The position numbers and the translations under genes are program-made. A DNA stretch of 53,390 nucleotides, counting the filler, from Jimgerdemannia flammicorona (Eukaryota), in NCBI GenBank assembly GCA_003990765.1. It is 2 parts of 2 records of this genome, joined end to end, with 100 filler letters (N's around TTAATTAATTAA, not from the genome) between each part and the next. Parts side by side here need not be neighbours in the genome. Positions count along the whole stretch, not along the records: positions 1 to 26,646 come from RBNJ01000708.1; positions 26,747 to 53,390 come from RBNJ01000709.1. One strand, given 5' to 3'. Shown piece after piece: positions 25,640-38,679 of this stretch. The notes under the pieces were generated by a model, which was given only the letters and a program-made list of their open reading frames with translations, was not told the DNA's origin and did no database searches. Within the stretch, counting starts at the first letter, position 1, and every line of letters starts with the position of its first letter.

Positions 25640-26542
25640 ATGAACAGTACAACCAACATTTTTTCTTTGAACGTAAATGGGCTTAGGGGTGCAGCTAGAT
25701 GCAAGAACATTTTTCTTTGGTTGAAGGGATTGGAGGCTGATCTCTTCCTCTTGCAGGATGTCAGGTACGAGAATGATGCTGATAGGATGGAATGGACTAT
25801 GGAATGGGGTGGCATGGCAATTTGGAACAGCAAGGTTGGGATTCTGGTTCGGAAAGGCAGAGGGGAGATAAAGGATGTGAGGAGCTGGGGGGAGAGACTG
25901 GTCTGGGGTGAGTGGATTCGAGCAGGTTGGGAGCCGGTCACAGTTGGCTCCTGTTACTGCCCTGCGGTGCGGGAGGAGCGTGTGGATTGGGTGAAAGAGC
26001 TACTGGAGAGTAGGATCCTTGCTGAAGCTGGGTTAGATATGCTTGGAGGAGATTTAAATATGGTTCGGGATGTACAACTGGACAGAACTGATGGAGGATG
26101 GGGTGCAGAGAGCAGGAGTGGGGGTTAGTGATGTGGAAGGAGATTGAAAGGCTAGGAGCATTGGTGGATGTTAGTAGGGAGCACTGGGGGGACAGGAGAG
26201 TATATATGCATTGGGCTGGAGGTCTGGGGACAAGGATTGACTGGATTCTGATGGCCGACTGTTGGGGCCACGATGTCTGGAAGGTGTTAGAGGTTGAATG
26301 GTGTTCGTGGTCAGATCACTGGGGTCTCTTGGGACAGGGGTCTTTTGGGGGAAGTAGAGATGGGTCTGGATATTGGTGCCTGAATTCCTCCTTGTTGGAT
26401 GATGAGGCCCGGTGGGAGGAGTGGGCAAAAGACATTCAGCTGAAGGTGGTGAATTGGTGGCAGGAAGGGGCAGTGATTGGGGTTCGGTGGATGAGGATGA
26501 AAGAGATGGCCAGGATGTATTGGAGTGACGTTGGGAGAGAGG
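25640..26542 (+). pseudogene. B3 ORF2 N-terminal APE endonuclease (one frameshift near 26120), truncated
   Basis: MNSTTNIFSLNVNGL, LLQDV, CYCP, GGDLN, TRIDWIL, SDH, YWCLNSSLL. Confidence 0.9.
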
Positions 26543-26646
26543 TTAGGGTTAGGGTTAGGGTTAGGGTTAGGGTTAGGGTTAGGGTTAGGGTTAGGGTTAG
26601 GGTTAGGGTTAGGGTTAGGGTTAGGGTTAGGGTTAGGGTTAGGGTT
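26543..26646 (+). repeat. Telomere (TTAGGG)17, G-strand pointing to the contig end
   Basis: Perfect hexamer array running into the N gap. Confidence 0.95.
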
Positions 26647-26746
26647 NNNNNNNNNNNNNNNNNNNNNNNNNNNNNNNNNNNNNNNNNNNNTTAATTAATT
26701 AANNNNNNNNNNNNNNNNNNNNNNNNNNNNNNNNNNNNNNNNNNNN
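26647..26746. other. Artificial contig spacer (44 N + TTAATTAATTAA + 44 N)
   Basis: Symmetric 100-nt N pad with an all-frame stop linker. Confidence 0.95.
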
Positions 26747-27205
26747 CACTTAGATATCATTACTAAGACTCAGGGGAATGTGTGTGTGTGGGGGGGACTT
26801 GATTCTTGTATCAAGGACTGAACTAAAACTGCTTTATTTCAGATGGAAAACTGGGGGGTATTTATACAAGTTGATCCGTGATTTCTGACTAAGTATGAGT
26901 GACTAATTTGGTAACTATAATGAGGTTTGTGATCGCGACCTTTGTCAGGTGGTTTTTGGCAAAAACAACTTTGTGATCAGGACCTCAATTACTAGGCAAT
27001 GATCAGCAACTGTGGCAACTGTTGCTGCAGCGCCAGTTGTTGGGGATAAGCTGGATATCATTTTCTGCGTCGTTTTGCATCATTCGTTCATTCGTTATTC
27101 ATATGTCGCACTTCGATCGTATGATGACGTCATCACTCGTCGGGTCACGTGATCGCTCGTCGTTCATCGCTCATTGCGTCCCATCTGTTTGCTCGTTCTA
27201 TTACA
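26747..27205 (-). repeat. Partial LTR of gypsy family G1 inserted in LINE B4, cut by the contig start
   Basis: Reverse complement matches about 38680-39140; begins TGTAATAGAA at 27205. Confidence 0.9.
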
Positions 27206-30200
27206 CTCACCCTCCTCAAGCCCCTGCCACCATAGCCTAGCAGCCATATCTCGCATATGCATCTCCTTCTCTTCTCTCAGCACCTGTTGCAGTTCCAATA
27301 TCTCTAATTTAATCTACACTAACCTGCAATCCTCCACCCCATCAGAAGTAAGCAAACCTACCCAATCCAATTGCAATCTCCTCAGCCTGCTAGAAGCATA
27401 CCTTGTGCACTTCCTCCTCTGTCTCCCAGCTTCTCTCCCAGCCTCTCTCCAATAGACCCTCACAGCCTCTTTCAATCTCATCTACCAGACACCCACTGAT
27501 AAACCCTCACACCTCCAGTGAGAAACTTTTGCCTGAATGTCCTCTTCCCATGAATCCCACAACCCCTTCTCAGCCAGCAGGGAGGAGTTAAGATGCCAAT
27601 GTCTGGGTCTAGCTCCACTCCCCCCAAACTGCCCCTGTCCCAACAGTCCCCAGTGATTAGACCATGGGCACCATTCCACCTCCAATGCCTTCCAGACATC
27701 AGACCACTAGCATTCTGCCATCAGAATCCAGTCAATTCTTGTACCCAAGACATTCACCCAATGCATGTAGACCCTGGAGTTGCCCCATTATGTTCTACCC
27801 ATATCTCCTAAGGAGCTCAGCCTCTCCACCTCCTCCCATACATCCAGGCCTCCACTTCTCTCTCCTGCACTCCTCCCACCATCAGTATGGTCCAGATGCT
27901 GATCCTGAACCATATTAAAGTCCCCCCCAATTACATTGACCCCTTCTGCCAAGAGAACACCCTCCTCCAGCAGCTCCTCAATCCATGCAATCCTCTCACC
28001 TCTAACCACAGAGCAGTAGCAAGAGCCAACCCTCACCAACTCCCACCCTGGCTGCTGCCAATCTCCCCAGACCAAGTGGTCACCCTAGCTGCAGATTCCC
28101 TCCAAGTCACCTCTACCCTTCCTCACCAGAATTGCCACTTTTCCAAACCAAGCAGTAGCCCTGCCCCATTCCTTAGTCCACCTCACCCAATTATCCTCAT
28201 TCTCATACTGAACATCCTGTAGTAAAAAGAGATCAGCCTCCAATCCCTTGAGCCAAGTAAAAATGTTCTTACACTGTCCAGAACCCCTCAACCCATTCAC
28301 ATTCAAAGAGAAAATGTTAGTTGTACTGTTCATAAGGAATAATGTTAAAAAGTGATCCCATTCTCTACAAGTCCACATTCAGCTCCTCCTGCACCAAGTC
28401 CAACTCATGCTCAGCAGCTAGTTCTCTTTCCCCAGCTTCCCATGCCTCCAACCCTCCCAGAAGTTCTACCATCACCTCATCTTCTCTCTCCTCAAATTCC
28501 TCTCGATACTCCAGACAGGCCTCCCTCCAGAGCTGCAAACCATGCCACTCAGCCCAGCAATAAGTTGCCTGCTCACCTGCAGCCACCACCAGCTCTGCCT
28601 TCCTCACCTCATTGACCTCATATTCCTCCTTCTTTAAGAGGATTGCAAGAATCTCCCCCCTCAGTGCCTCCACTACTCCATCACTATACAGAATCTGCTC
28701 ACAGTGCTCCTCAGGCATAACCCGCAGGTCCACTTCTCCCAATGCATCAGCCATGAGGTTATCCATCACCTTGCTCATCCACAGCAAGTTTCCTACCTCC
28801 TTCTCTCCTGGAGTCTCTGGCCATCCCACATCCAACATCATAGTGTCAGCACTCACACTGGTAGCCTCATCCCACTCCTCCTCAGGGACATCCACCAGCT
28901 CATCCTCACCAGCTGCTACCACCTGGCCCCCTTTCACCACATCAGGGACCCCAAAATACACTCGCTGGGCCCCCTTCATCAGCACCTCCTCTGTTGTCCT
29001 TCTCTTTGCAGCCAGGCCCCTCCTGATCAGAGGGGGGGGGGTGGAGTTCAATTCTGGCTCTCAGACCTCAAAGGTGCCATTGGTAAAAGGGTCCTTGCTC
29101 AGTACCTTCTCATCTCCTTCCTTGTCTACCTCTACCTCCCCTACCCCTTTACTAGCCCAGACACTGGCTTTGATGCCCCCAGACACCTCAGCCCCCACTG
29201 CCTTCTTCTTTGCCTCGACTGTCATATTCACCAGTAGCTCTCTCTGCCTCCTGTGCCCCTGTGCCTGCTCCCACTGCCCCTTGTTCATGTGGATATGCTT
29301 CCCCTCCATAACCTCCAGATGTGTCAACTCCTCATACATCTTCCAGGCCCTTGCCCTCCTCTCCACAGCCCCACTCATCTCCTCCAGCACCTCCAACAAG
29401 TCCTCCTCCTCCTCCTCACTCCCCTTCACCCTCAATACCTTACATATAAATGCCCCCCACATCAGCACAGAAGGCCAGTCACTTGCCTTCCCTGTGGCCT
29501 CCTTTCCTGCCAGCCAAATTCTGACATCAATGTCACCTATCCTGATCATTGTCCCCTCCCACACCTGAAAGCCGATATCCACCATGTCACTATACTCAAT
29601 CATCACCTCCTCCACCCTCTTCCTAGTATCCTCCTTAGTCACAGTGGGCACCCCCTTCACCAGAAGCTGCACCACCCTGGGGTCCTATCACAAGCACTAC
29701 ACCATGGAGACCACCACCTCCCCAACCACGACTCCAGTCTTCAGTGCCTCATCCAGTGGACCAGTCTCCTCAAAGCCCACCTCGACCTCCTCCAGACCCT
29801 TCAAGAACTTCACCAAGGCTGCCCCAGCCACCTGCTTCAAAATAAGCCCCAGAACCATTCTTGTCATCACTGCCAAGCCCCGGAAGCATAAGGTCACTAT
29901 AAACTCCGAGATTGACTTCTTGAGCAATGGGGTCACTGCCAGCCCTGTTACACCATCTGCCAGGTCCCCCTTCTGCATTGGAAACCCCTGCCCCACCTGG
30001 CCATCAGCTGTCACATCTTTTTTTTTTCCTGATTCCCTGTCACACTCCCATCAATAGTCACACCCCTGGCCACAGTACCTCCAGCCCCTACACCTGCACT
30101 CCCAGCTGGAGCACTGCCCCTCCTCCCAAGACTCACCTTGCCCTTCCCCTCAGCAGCACCAGCTCTATTATCAGTCAGCCACCCACTCCCCTTAATCTTG

Positions 30201-30474
30201 TCTGCGAAGCTCAGGAGACCAGATCTTCCCCCATTGCCACTGGACACCAGTCCCCCTCCAGAGCCTTTTCCATTCTTTGGTCCTCTGAATGCCCCTATCC
30301 CCAGGCCATAACCCCTTCCCACCTGCTGCCAGTCAAAGGCCGTAGATCCACCCAACCTAGTACATGCACCTGTATGATCATTGCTCTCCATATTGCTAGT
30401 CATCTTTCACCAAAAACATTGTTGAAAGTATTGCCTGAGTCTTGTGTCATCTGAATGTTACTGGTGAAAGGTGC
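27206..30474 (-). mobile_element. Family B copy B4 (5' UTR, ORF1, endonuclease)
   Basis: ORFs 29697..30014, 29061..29675, 28365..29051 and 28085..28378 (FSLNVNGL, LLQDV); colinear with B1 15230-18495. Confidence 0.9.
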
Positions 30475-33072
30475 CTGCAGCCCCCCTCTCTCTGTCAGTC
30501 CTATCTACTAGTACATCCTACACCATATTAAAGTCTTCTCTAAGAATGTCTACTCTAGCCTCTGCAAGGGCCCCACTCTCCTGAAGTCCCTTCATCCATT
30601 CCACTCACTCACCTCTCACAGCAGGGCAGTAGTAGGAACTAACTGTAACTGGCTCCCAGCCTGATTGAATCCACTCTCCCCAAACCAGCCTATCTCTCCA
30701 GCTCCTTATACCTTATATCTTCTCTCCTCTTCTCCAGACCAGAATCCCAACCTTACTCTTCCAAACTGCCTCATCTTTCTATTTCATCATCTATTTCAGT
30801 CTATTCAAGTCATCTTCATATCTAACATTCTGCAAAAGAAAGAGATCAGCCTCCAATCTCTTCAGCCAAGTAAAAATGTTTTGATATCAAATTAAATCTC
30901 ATAGCCCATTTATATTCAAAGAAAAAATATTAATTATACTATTCATAAGAAATGATAATATTAAGAATCAAGCATACTCTCTACTGCTCTATATTCATCT
31001 TCTCCTGTATTAAGTCCAAGTCATGTTCAACAGCCACCTCCACCTCTTCAATCCTCTTAGCCTCTAATTCAACCAGTAGTTCAGCCTGCTCTCTATCCTT
31101 CTTTTCCTCAAAGTCCTTATGATATTTCAAGCAGACCTCCTATCAGAGATGCAATCTATGTTTCTCCATCTACCAAAGGGCAGTCCACTCACTAGCAGCA
31201 ACTGCCAGCTCTGTCTCCCTCACCTTATCAGCCTCATACCCTTCCTTCTCCAAGAAAACTGTGAGCACCTCTATCTTCAGAGTCTCCACCACTCTATCTC
31301 TATATAGGATACATACTCACTGATCATTGCTAAGCACCCTCAGATCAACTTTACCCAATTTCTCAGCCATCAAGTTGTTCATCATCCAACACATCCATTA
31401 TAGATTACCCACCTCCCTCCTACTAGGAGTTACTGGCCTCCCCTCTCCCAGCATCAAGGTATCAGCTTTTGCACTTACTGTCTTATCTCACTCCTCCTTT
31501 GGAATATCTATCAGTTCATCCTCACCAGCTGCCACCACCTGTCTCTCTTTTGCCACCTCAGGGACTCCAAAGTACACTTGCTAGGCTCTCTTTATAGATA
31601 AATCCTCTGCTGCTTAGTGCCTCAAGGCTAGATCCCTTCAGATAAGAGAAAGAGTATCCTCTCAGACTTTAAATATATTATCCATATATAGGTTTTGGCT
31701 AGGCACCTTCCAGGTCTCTTCTGGGTCCTCTTCCACATTCTCTCTATCTTTGTTGGTCTAAACACTCACTCTAGCTCTCCCAGTATCCCCAATTCTACCA
31801 GCATTTCTCTTTGTCTTTTCCTCCAGATTTTTCAGTAACTCCCTCTGCCTCTTGTGCCCTTGGAACCTCTCCCACAGCTTCTTATCAATATGGATGCACT
31901 TTCCATCTACTATCTCCAAGTGTATTGACTCTACATATACCTTTCAAGTCTTTGCCCTCCTCTTTACAGTACTACTCAGCTCCTCCAGTATCTCTAACAA
32001 ATCCTCCTCCTTCTTCTTGCTCTCTATCACCCTCACTACCTTACACATAAAGGTCCCCCACACCATCACTGATAGTCAGTCACAAGTCTTCCCAGTAGCC
32101 TCCCTCTCAGCTAACTGAACTCTGATGTTAACATCTCCTATCCTGAATGAGGTCCTCTTCCAGACCCAAAATCCAACATCAACTACCTCCCCATACTCAG
32201 CCATAACCTCCTCAACTCTCCTCCTCATCTCTACAGCAGTCACTATAGGTATCCCTTTCATCAGTAGTTACACCACCCTGGGGTCCCACCTCAAGTAGCA
32301 TATTATTGATATACATACCTCTTCAATAGTCAGTCCAGCCTTCAGTGTATCCTCCAATAGTCCATCCTCCTCAAAGCCCACCTCTATCTCTTTCAAACCT
32401 CTCAAGAACTTCATGGATACCATACCCTCCATCTGCTTAGCAATTAACTCCAAGATCATTTTCACTGTCACCACTAAGCCCTGGAAGTATAGAGTAACTA
32501 CAAACTCCAAGATCAACTTCTTGAGTAATGGTACTGCCACTAGCCCCATTATACTATCTGCAAGGTCACTGAGCCTTATGCTTTTCCCACAACTCAGTTC
32601 ACCATCAGCAGTCTCATCTAGATTTTTTGCCAGATTGCTCATCACACTCCTATCAGCAGTTATCTCTTCAGCCACCACACTACCAGCCCCACTACTCTGG
32701 CTCCCCTGAGGAGCTCCCCCCTTCCTCCCTGCCACTACCTTCTCCTTCCCCAGCTCCAGCCATCCATCCAGTCCAATCACCCAAGCTCCCATCTTGACCT
32801 TGTTGGCAAATATCAACCTTCTATCCTCTGCTGCTTTATTCTGCCTCTTCTATCTCTATCAGCCCCCCTGCTCCTCAAAGCAGTACTCAGCATCCCCCAA
32901 ACCTGCACCTTGATCCTTCCCTACATATTGCCAGTCAAAGGTACTGGGGCTGCTCTACTCTGTATACTCTCCAGAATGCTTGTTGCTTATTATATTATTA
33001 TCACCTTTTTACTAAAAACATTGCTTGAAGTATTGTCTGAAGTTTGTATAATCTGAATGTTACTGGAAAAAG
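30475..33072 (-). mobile_element. Family B copy B5, older (ORF1 and endonuclease start), target of B4
   Basis: ORFs 32268..32816 and 32076..32261 are homologous to B ORF1; EN remnant at 30480-30945. Confidence 0.8.
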
Positions 33073-33074
33073 AA

Positions 33075-33738
33075 ATCATGACTATGTTGGTAGAGGATGT
33101 CTGCATAGCAGAGGCTGTGAATATTTACTGAGAGTATCCAGAGACTACTGAGGTTGTAAGGCTAGAAAAGATTACTGAGGAGGATGAATAGGTAAAGGTC
33201 TCCTCTAATATCTCTGTAAATAGAGAAGTGCTATAAGAGTTGACCAGGGACTCAAGACCCACTACATCAGGACCCCTAAAGTTTATAGTAGTAGATTGAT
33301 ACAAGACAGTACTTAAGGAGCTAGCAGAGAAAAATATAAAGGAAGTGTATATATTTCATAAGTCTCAGAAAGAATGGGCAGAGTTCTTTGATATTATAAT
33401 ATAAGGGCTAAAATTAGTGACAGTAATGATAGTTATACTTCTGGAGGATGAGGGGTATGAGGCAGATGAGGTTAGGATGACTGATATCAGAAGAGTAGCA
33501 TCTGAGTATATAAATTGATTCTATAGTAGTAAAAATGACAAGTATGTCTAGAAGGTGATCTGTAAGGACTATAGAGATATTATCTAAGGAAGAGCTGAGA
33601 GAGTGGCTATAATAATGGAAGGTATTTAATCATCCATCTATTTATTATAAATAGTTTACAAATTATATTACTTAATATCAATAGTCTGTGAGATAGAGTG
33701 AAATAAAGAAGATTATTCTGATAGCTGAAGGTCAGATA
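33075..33738 (+). mobile_element. Decayed relic of a B-related LINE (ORF1 end and endonuclease start)
   Basis: EDEGYEADEV resembles B ORF1 MEEGYEVDK; IILLNINSL resembles the APE start. Confidence 0.45.
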
Positions 33739-34135
33739 TAGTACTCCCAATGAATCGACTTGAATCGAATTTGGCCCAAACTCGATTCGATTCAATCGAA
33801 TCAAGGATCCAATTCAATTCAATTCAAATCGAATCAAAGGTCCAATTCAATTCGAAGTTCAATTCGAACCTTAATTTTCAAAATGTAATAACTCGACGAA
33901 TGCTCATCCAAATTTAACGTATCTTAGCTTGTTAGATTCACCATATTAATGTGATTCTAACAAGCTAAAGTACGTTAGATTTGGATGAGTTTACGCTGAG
34001 TTATTGCATTTTGAAAATTAGGGTTCAAATCAGACCCTCAATTCAATTTGAATTGAAAAATCCCCAATTCGATTCAACTCATTTAACCCTCAATTTGATT
34101 CAATTCAAATTGATTCAACTCATTTGGGAGCACTA
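33739..34135. mobile_element. Second hAT-type MITE copy, inverted relative to 4685-5096
   Basis: TIRs TAGTACTCCCAA / TTGGGAGCACTA; 8-bp TSD GTCAGATA at 33731-33738 and 34136-34143. Confidence 0.9.
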
Positions 34136-34159
34136 GTCAGATATATGATGAATATAATA

Positions 34160-35040
34160 AGTGGGATACAAATGATATAAATAATATAGATTAAATAATA
34201 TTCAGCTTATTTCCAATAATTAGTATTACAGCAATTATTATAGCAACTGATTATTATCTAATATCCTATATTATAAAGGTCCTGATCACAAAGGTTCTAA
34301 TTATAAAGCTCATCTATAGTTATCAAATTATTTACTCATACTTAGTTAGAGATTACAAATCAATTTATATAAATACTTCCCAGTATTTCATCTAAAATAA
34401 AGCAGTTTTAGTTCAGTCCTTAATATAAGAATCTAGTCTTCCTCTACATACACACATATACTTCTGAGTCTTAGTAATAATATCTAAGTAATTCTCGTGT
34501 TTTTATTAAACTCTAGAAGTTTAGCTAACTTCTGCCAGAACTGAGACTAATATGTAAACCTCAAAGACTTAAGAAAAACTCTTTATTGAATCTGAATTCT
34601 AAGGTGAATTCAGTATATATCTAATAAAGAATAAGTATTGCTACTATAATTACTTTAAGTGAGTACTTCCTTATACTTGGTATACTTATATACTAAGTCT
34701 CTAAGTAATCTCTCCACAATACCCTAATTATTCAAGAATAAGAGATAAATTAAGAAAGGGTTATTATATCTTAATATATAATAGCAGATTACTAAGCCAA
34801 GATAGTATCAAGAATACACTCTTGTAAAGTTGAAACAAGACTAATCTTGAACAGGAGTAAACTCAGAACCAACTATAGATTACTAAGAAATAAATCTATA
34901 AACTAGAGCCAATCTAGCAATAGCTACTGGAACCAGATAGTACTGTGATAATACTGACCAAAGGATATACTAGCTACTGATCAATATAAATAGTAAGACC
35001 TATATAAGACCTTTAGAAACTACTATCTACACCTTAGAAA
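34160..35040 (+). mobile_element. Heavily mutated G1 LTR plus start of the internal region
   Basis: Aligns with about 38800-39760 (e.g. aaaataaagcagttttagttcagtcctt and ttagctaacttctgccagaactgagact). Confidence 0.8.
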
Positions 35041-35049
35041 TATAAGTAG

Positions 35050-35361
35050 CTATAAAATATATGGGTTGGAGAGTTTATAAATAGGTAGTAGTAGTTACTC
35101 TAAGAAGTAGTATAGGGGTAGTAGTATTAGAGAAAGAGGAATCAATTGAGTATCCTGAAGAAGATATAGGAGATTATACTGAAAAGTCAGGGCCACTTAT
35201 TATTAGATAACTAAGAGTTAAGATAGAAGTAAGATAATGACTAATAGCCTCTCTTAAGACTACTGGTCTGCATTTTCTTTATATGAGATAGTTTGCTACT
35301 TATGCAGTATAAGAATATTTTGCTATATATAGAAATTAATAAAATAAAGTTTTGTAGTACT

Positions 35362-35411
<50 letters not shown>
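35050..35411 (+). mobile_element. Probable LINE 3' end with AATAAA and an A46 tail
   Basis: Poly(A) at 35366-35411 preceded by aataaaataaa. Confidence 0.45.
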
Positions 35412-35414
<3 letters not shown>

Positions 35415-36850
35415 ATAGAACAAAAAAAGGAGGAGCTATTAATTACTTTTAAGGAAAGAGAGACTATAAAGGAAATATACAAGAGAAAATGAGAGAAGTT
35501 TACAAAGAACTAGATTTGAATTCTAGCAGATAAAAAGAGAGAGAGGTAGAGAAAGAAGAACTGAAAACATCTGCAGACAGTACTGCAGGAGATTACAGAG
35601 AAGATAATAGTAAGGACTGAAGTTGACCAGAATTGAATAGAAGAGATAGAGATAGCAGAGGTTTCATTTTCTCAACTTGGGATAGTAAAGGAACTTCTTT
35701 CTCTTGAACTATATCAGTTAAAAGACCCAAGTGGAAATTGAATCTCTATGGTGCAGGAGAAGGTGGGCCATCAGTGTCCTGAGATTGGGTATACTAGAAG
35801 CAGCAAGAGAAGAGAAGTCTGATGGTGTTGAGTTGCCCCAATCTCAAGGCTACAGTTTTCGAATTCAAGGTTTCTATTATTTCATAGACCAGACAGTATG
35901 ATGCAAGCTCTGGGAGCTACTGACAATAACTTAAGAAGAGGAGAAGTCTTTCTTCAGATAGTATGGCTGACTTTATAGTGAGTATCCAACTCATTGGTAT
36001 GCTCTGGTGGGCTGGGGAATGTAGGTCAGGCCCTTAGGCTTTCCTTTATATTGAGGAGACTCTTACTATATCTTTGAGGTATAGAGATATATTAGGTGAT
36101 TTCAGAAGATACTTGGAGAATTTTAGAAGGTACAGCTGGTGATTGATTAAAGCAGATGAGATGATTTCAATACATAGTATAATGGTGACCAATGATTGGT
36201 AGATATCAGATAGTGTGATATAAGATAGCAGTAATAATCAGATCAGAGGATTGGCTAGTAATGGTATGATGATCAGCAAGATGATCAGGAGGGTGACTAC
36301 TTTGCCACTTTGGAGAGAGGAGAGCTAGTAGGCCAGATATAGTACTGCAGGAGTACTTGAGATGCTGGGATCATGTCTAGTGGCCCTTTGGGGCAAGACC
36401 AGATATGATGGCAGTGCCACTTAAGGTACTGGTGTCATAAGCCAGATGGTGACTTCTGACTCAGAGCTGAATAGAGAGAGTGGCAGACCCATTCATTAAG
36501 TATATAGGTGGTACTAGGCAGCTAAGGAGGGGTGGAGGTACTCATTATTGGAGATTTCTCAGGCCTATATGCTACCTCATTTCTTTCTTCACAATTGTAT
36601 ATATTATTTATATGACCAGACCAGTTGTGGCCTTGGTAGGAGCATTGTTATTGATAAAGAGACAGAGGTGAGAGTAGCTCAGAGTAGAGAGAACCAGGCT
36701 CTGGCTACTTTGGTCTTACCAAGATTAGGTATCAGATCACCCAAGACTACTTTGTTCAGGGTCTGACCTCACTTACTTTCTTGTCAGGAAATCCAGGGGA
36801 TATTTTCCTGCTTTTTGCTTTATAACTGTATTCTGAATAAATGAGTATAG

Positions 36851-36881
<31 letters not shown>

Positions 36882-37799
36882 CTTCTTTTGCTCAAATCAC
36901 ATAGAGTAAACCAAGCCACTATAATATCTTTTAGTGAAAAGCAATATGTTTTCATATTTTTACTTATCTATCCTAGTATATAAAGTATGGCAGAAGTCTG
37001 GCAATAATATATAATAAGTTTTATTATAATCTAATTAGTTTTGACAAGATAATAAGCTAAAGTTTAATAGACTTAGAGCATTTGGAGAGGAGATGGCCTA
37101 GTCTGAATCTCCCAAGAGTTTTACAGTAGTTGCTAGAGCTGGAGATACTAGAGGTAGTAGAGGTAGATAGGGGAGAGCTACTGAGATAAAGGATTAGTAT
37201 ACTGTATTGGGGGACAGGAGGGCTATAGCCAGGCCTATGATGGCAGAATAGAGAAGATATAATATTGACAGAAAGGAAGTCAGGTGATTGATCAGATATC
37301 CAACAGGGGTTAGGGGCAAGGAGATTTGATTGATATAACTGAAAGTTCTAGAGCTGGGCTGGTTACTAATAGTACATCTGCTATTGGAGATGATATGACT
37401 AGAGATATAACTGCTAGTATATCTGGAAATAAGAGAAAGGCTATGCTGGCAGTAGAGACTGGTGAGCTAGTAGTATACCATTCTTTTACAAATTGATATT
37501 AATGTGGACAATCTTGGCCAACTTCATAGGGCTTAAAATATCTATCAGAGAGGTTTTATAGTTAGTAAGAAAAGAGCTTACTGAAGTAGTATCTCTAAAG
37601 TTTATTCTGTTAGCAGAGGCAGTAGAAATTAGGGCCCTCAAGAAGACCACTGTCACTACTTGATGAAAGGAATATATGAGAGAAGTGGTAGGTAGATGGC
37701 AGTAGTGAATAATCTGATAGTTTTTCAGAGAATATGGGTGAGAGAAAGAGAGTATATTTGAGTGAGATAGGGTAGAGTGGGACTGAGTAAAGGCTATTG

Positions 37800-38679
37800 A
37801 TATAGTATCAGGACCTTATATTTGTAATAGATTAGTTAATAAAGAGTCCTAGAGCTCATTAAAAAAAAAAGAAGAAGGTAGTGAAGATTGGCTTTATAGA
37901 GAAAAAAGAGATGATGAAGGCTTTAGAGAAAGAGTTCACTATCAAGAGTATCAATATTGATATAGTGAGATATCTGAGGTAGAATCCACATACTGTATAA
38001 CTAGTAATAAAAGAGCTACTAATACTGGGCAGACAGGAGATAAAAGAGATAGTGACAGAGGTCCTGGAGATAGTGGATTTTGGATTTATGTTCTTAGAGA
38101 GCACTAAGTTAAGAAATGGAAACTATAAAACAATGGTGCAAATAGAGGGTAAGAAAGGTACAGAAATGGAGAAGAACTGGTCTGAGATAATCTGGATAGT
38201 TAGCCAGAAGTATATATAAGATATAGAGGAGGAAGGAGATGAGACAGAAGGAGGAGAAGCTATTAATTGCCCTTGAGGAGAGAGAGGTGTGAAGGAAATG
38301 TATAAGAGAAAAAAGGAGAAGTTGATAAAGAACTAGATTTAGATTCTGATAGATAGAAAAAGGAAGAGATAAAGAAAAAATAACTGAGAGCATATATAGG
38401 CAGTACTATAGAGAACTGTAGAGGAGGCAATAAAGAGGGCTAAATTTGACCAAAATTGAATAAAAGGGATAGAGGTAGCAGAGGTTTCATTTTCTCAATT
38501 GAGGGAGTAGAGAATTCTATTCATGTACTAGTAAAGAAGAAATGAGCTAATAAGGAGGAGGTGAGAAAGAGTGGGTTTAAGAAGGATGATGTGGTGGTCT
38601 CTGAAACTCAGATAGAAGATACTTGTATGGCTGAAGCTATGAATATTCACTGGAAATACTTTGAGATTAGTGAGGTAGT
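37800..38679 (+). mobile_element. B-related LINE ORF1 relic; partial second copy at 35412-35695
   Basis: Translates LVIKELL...EVLEIVDFGF, similar to B ORF1; 38240-38510 aligns with 35412-35690. Confidence 0.5.

Larger units (their letters stand above)
23496..26542 (+). mobile_element. Family B copy B3, 5' end through endonuclease, truncated by the telomere
   Basis: 5' end GCACCTTTCGCTGGTAACATTCAG is shared with 18495 and 30474 (minus strand). Confidence 0.9.

Noticed and set aside
26541..26694. Poly-(VR) tail of ORF 26098..26694
   Set aside because: Only a translation of the telomere repeat.
26691..26702. TTAATTAATTAA palindrome next to the telomere; apparent interstitial telomere or chromosome fusion
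   Set aside because: It sits in a symmetric N pad and is an artificial joiner, so the two sides are not known to be adjacent.
28612..30454. Long Ser/Pro/Thr-rich plus-strand ORFs (also 16533-18475 and 23731..24396)
   Set aside because: Antisense shadows of the purine-rich LINE ORF1.
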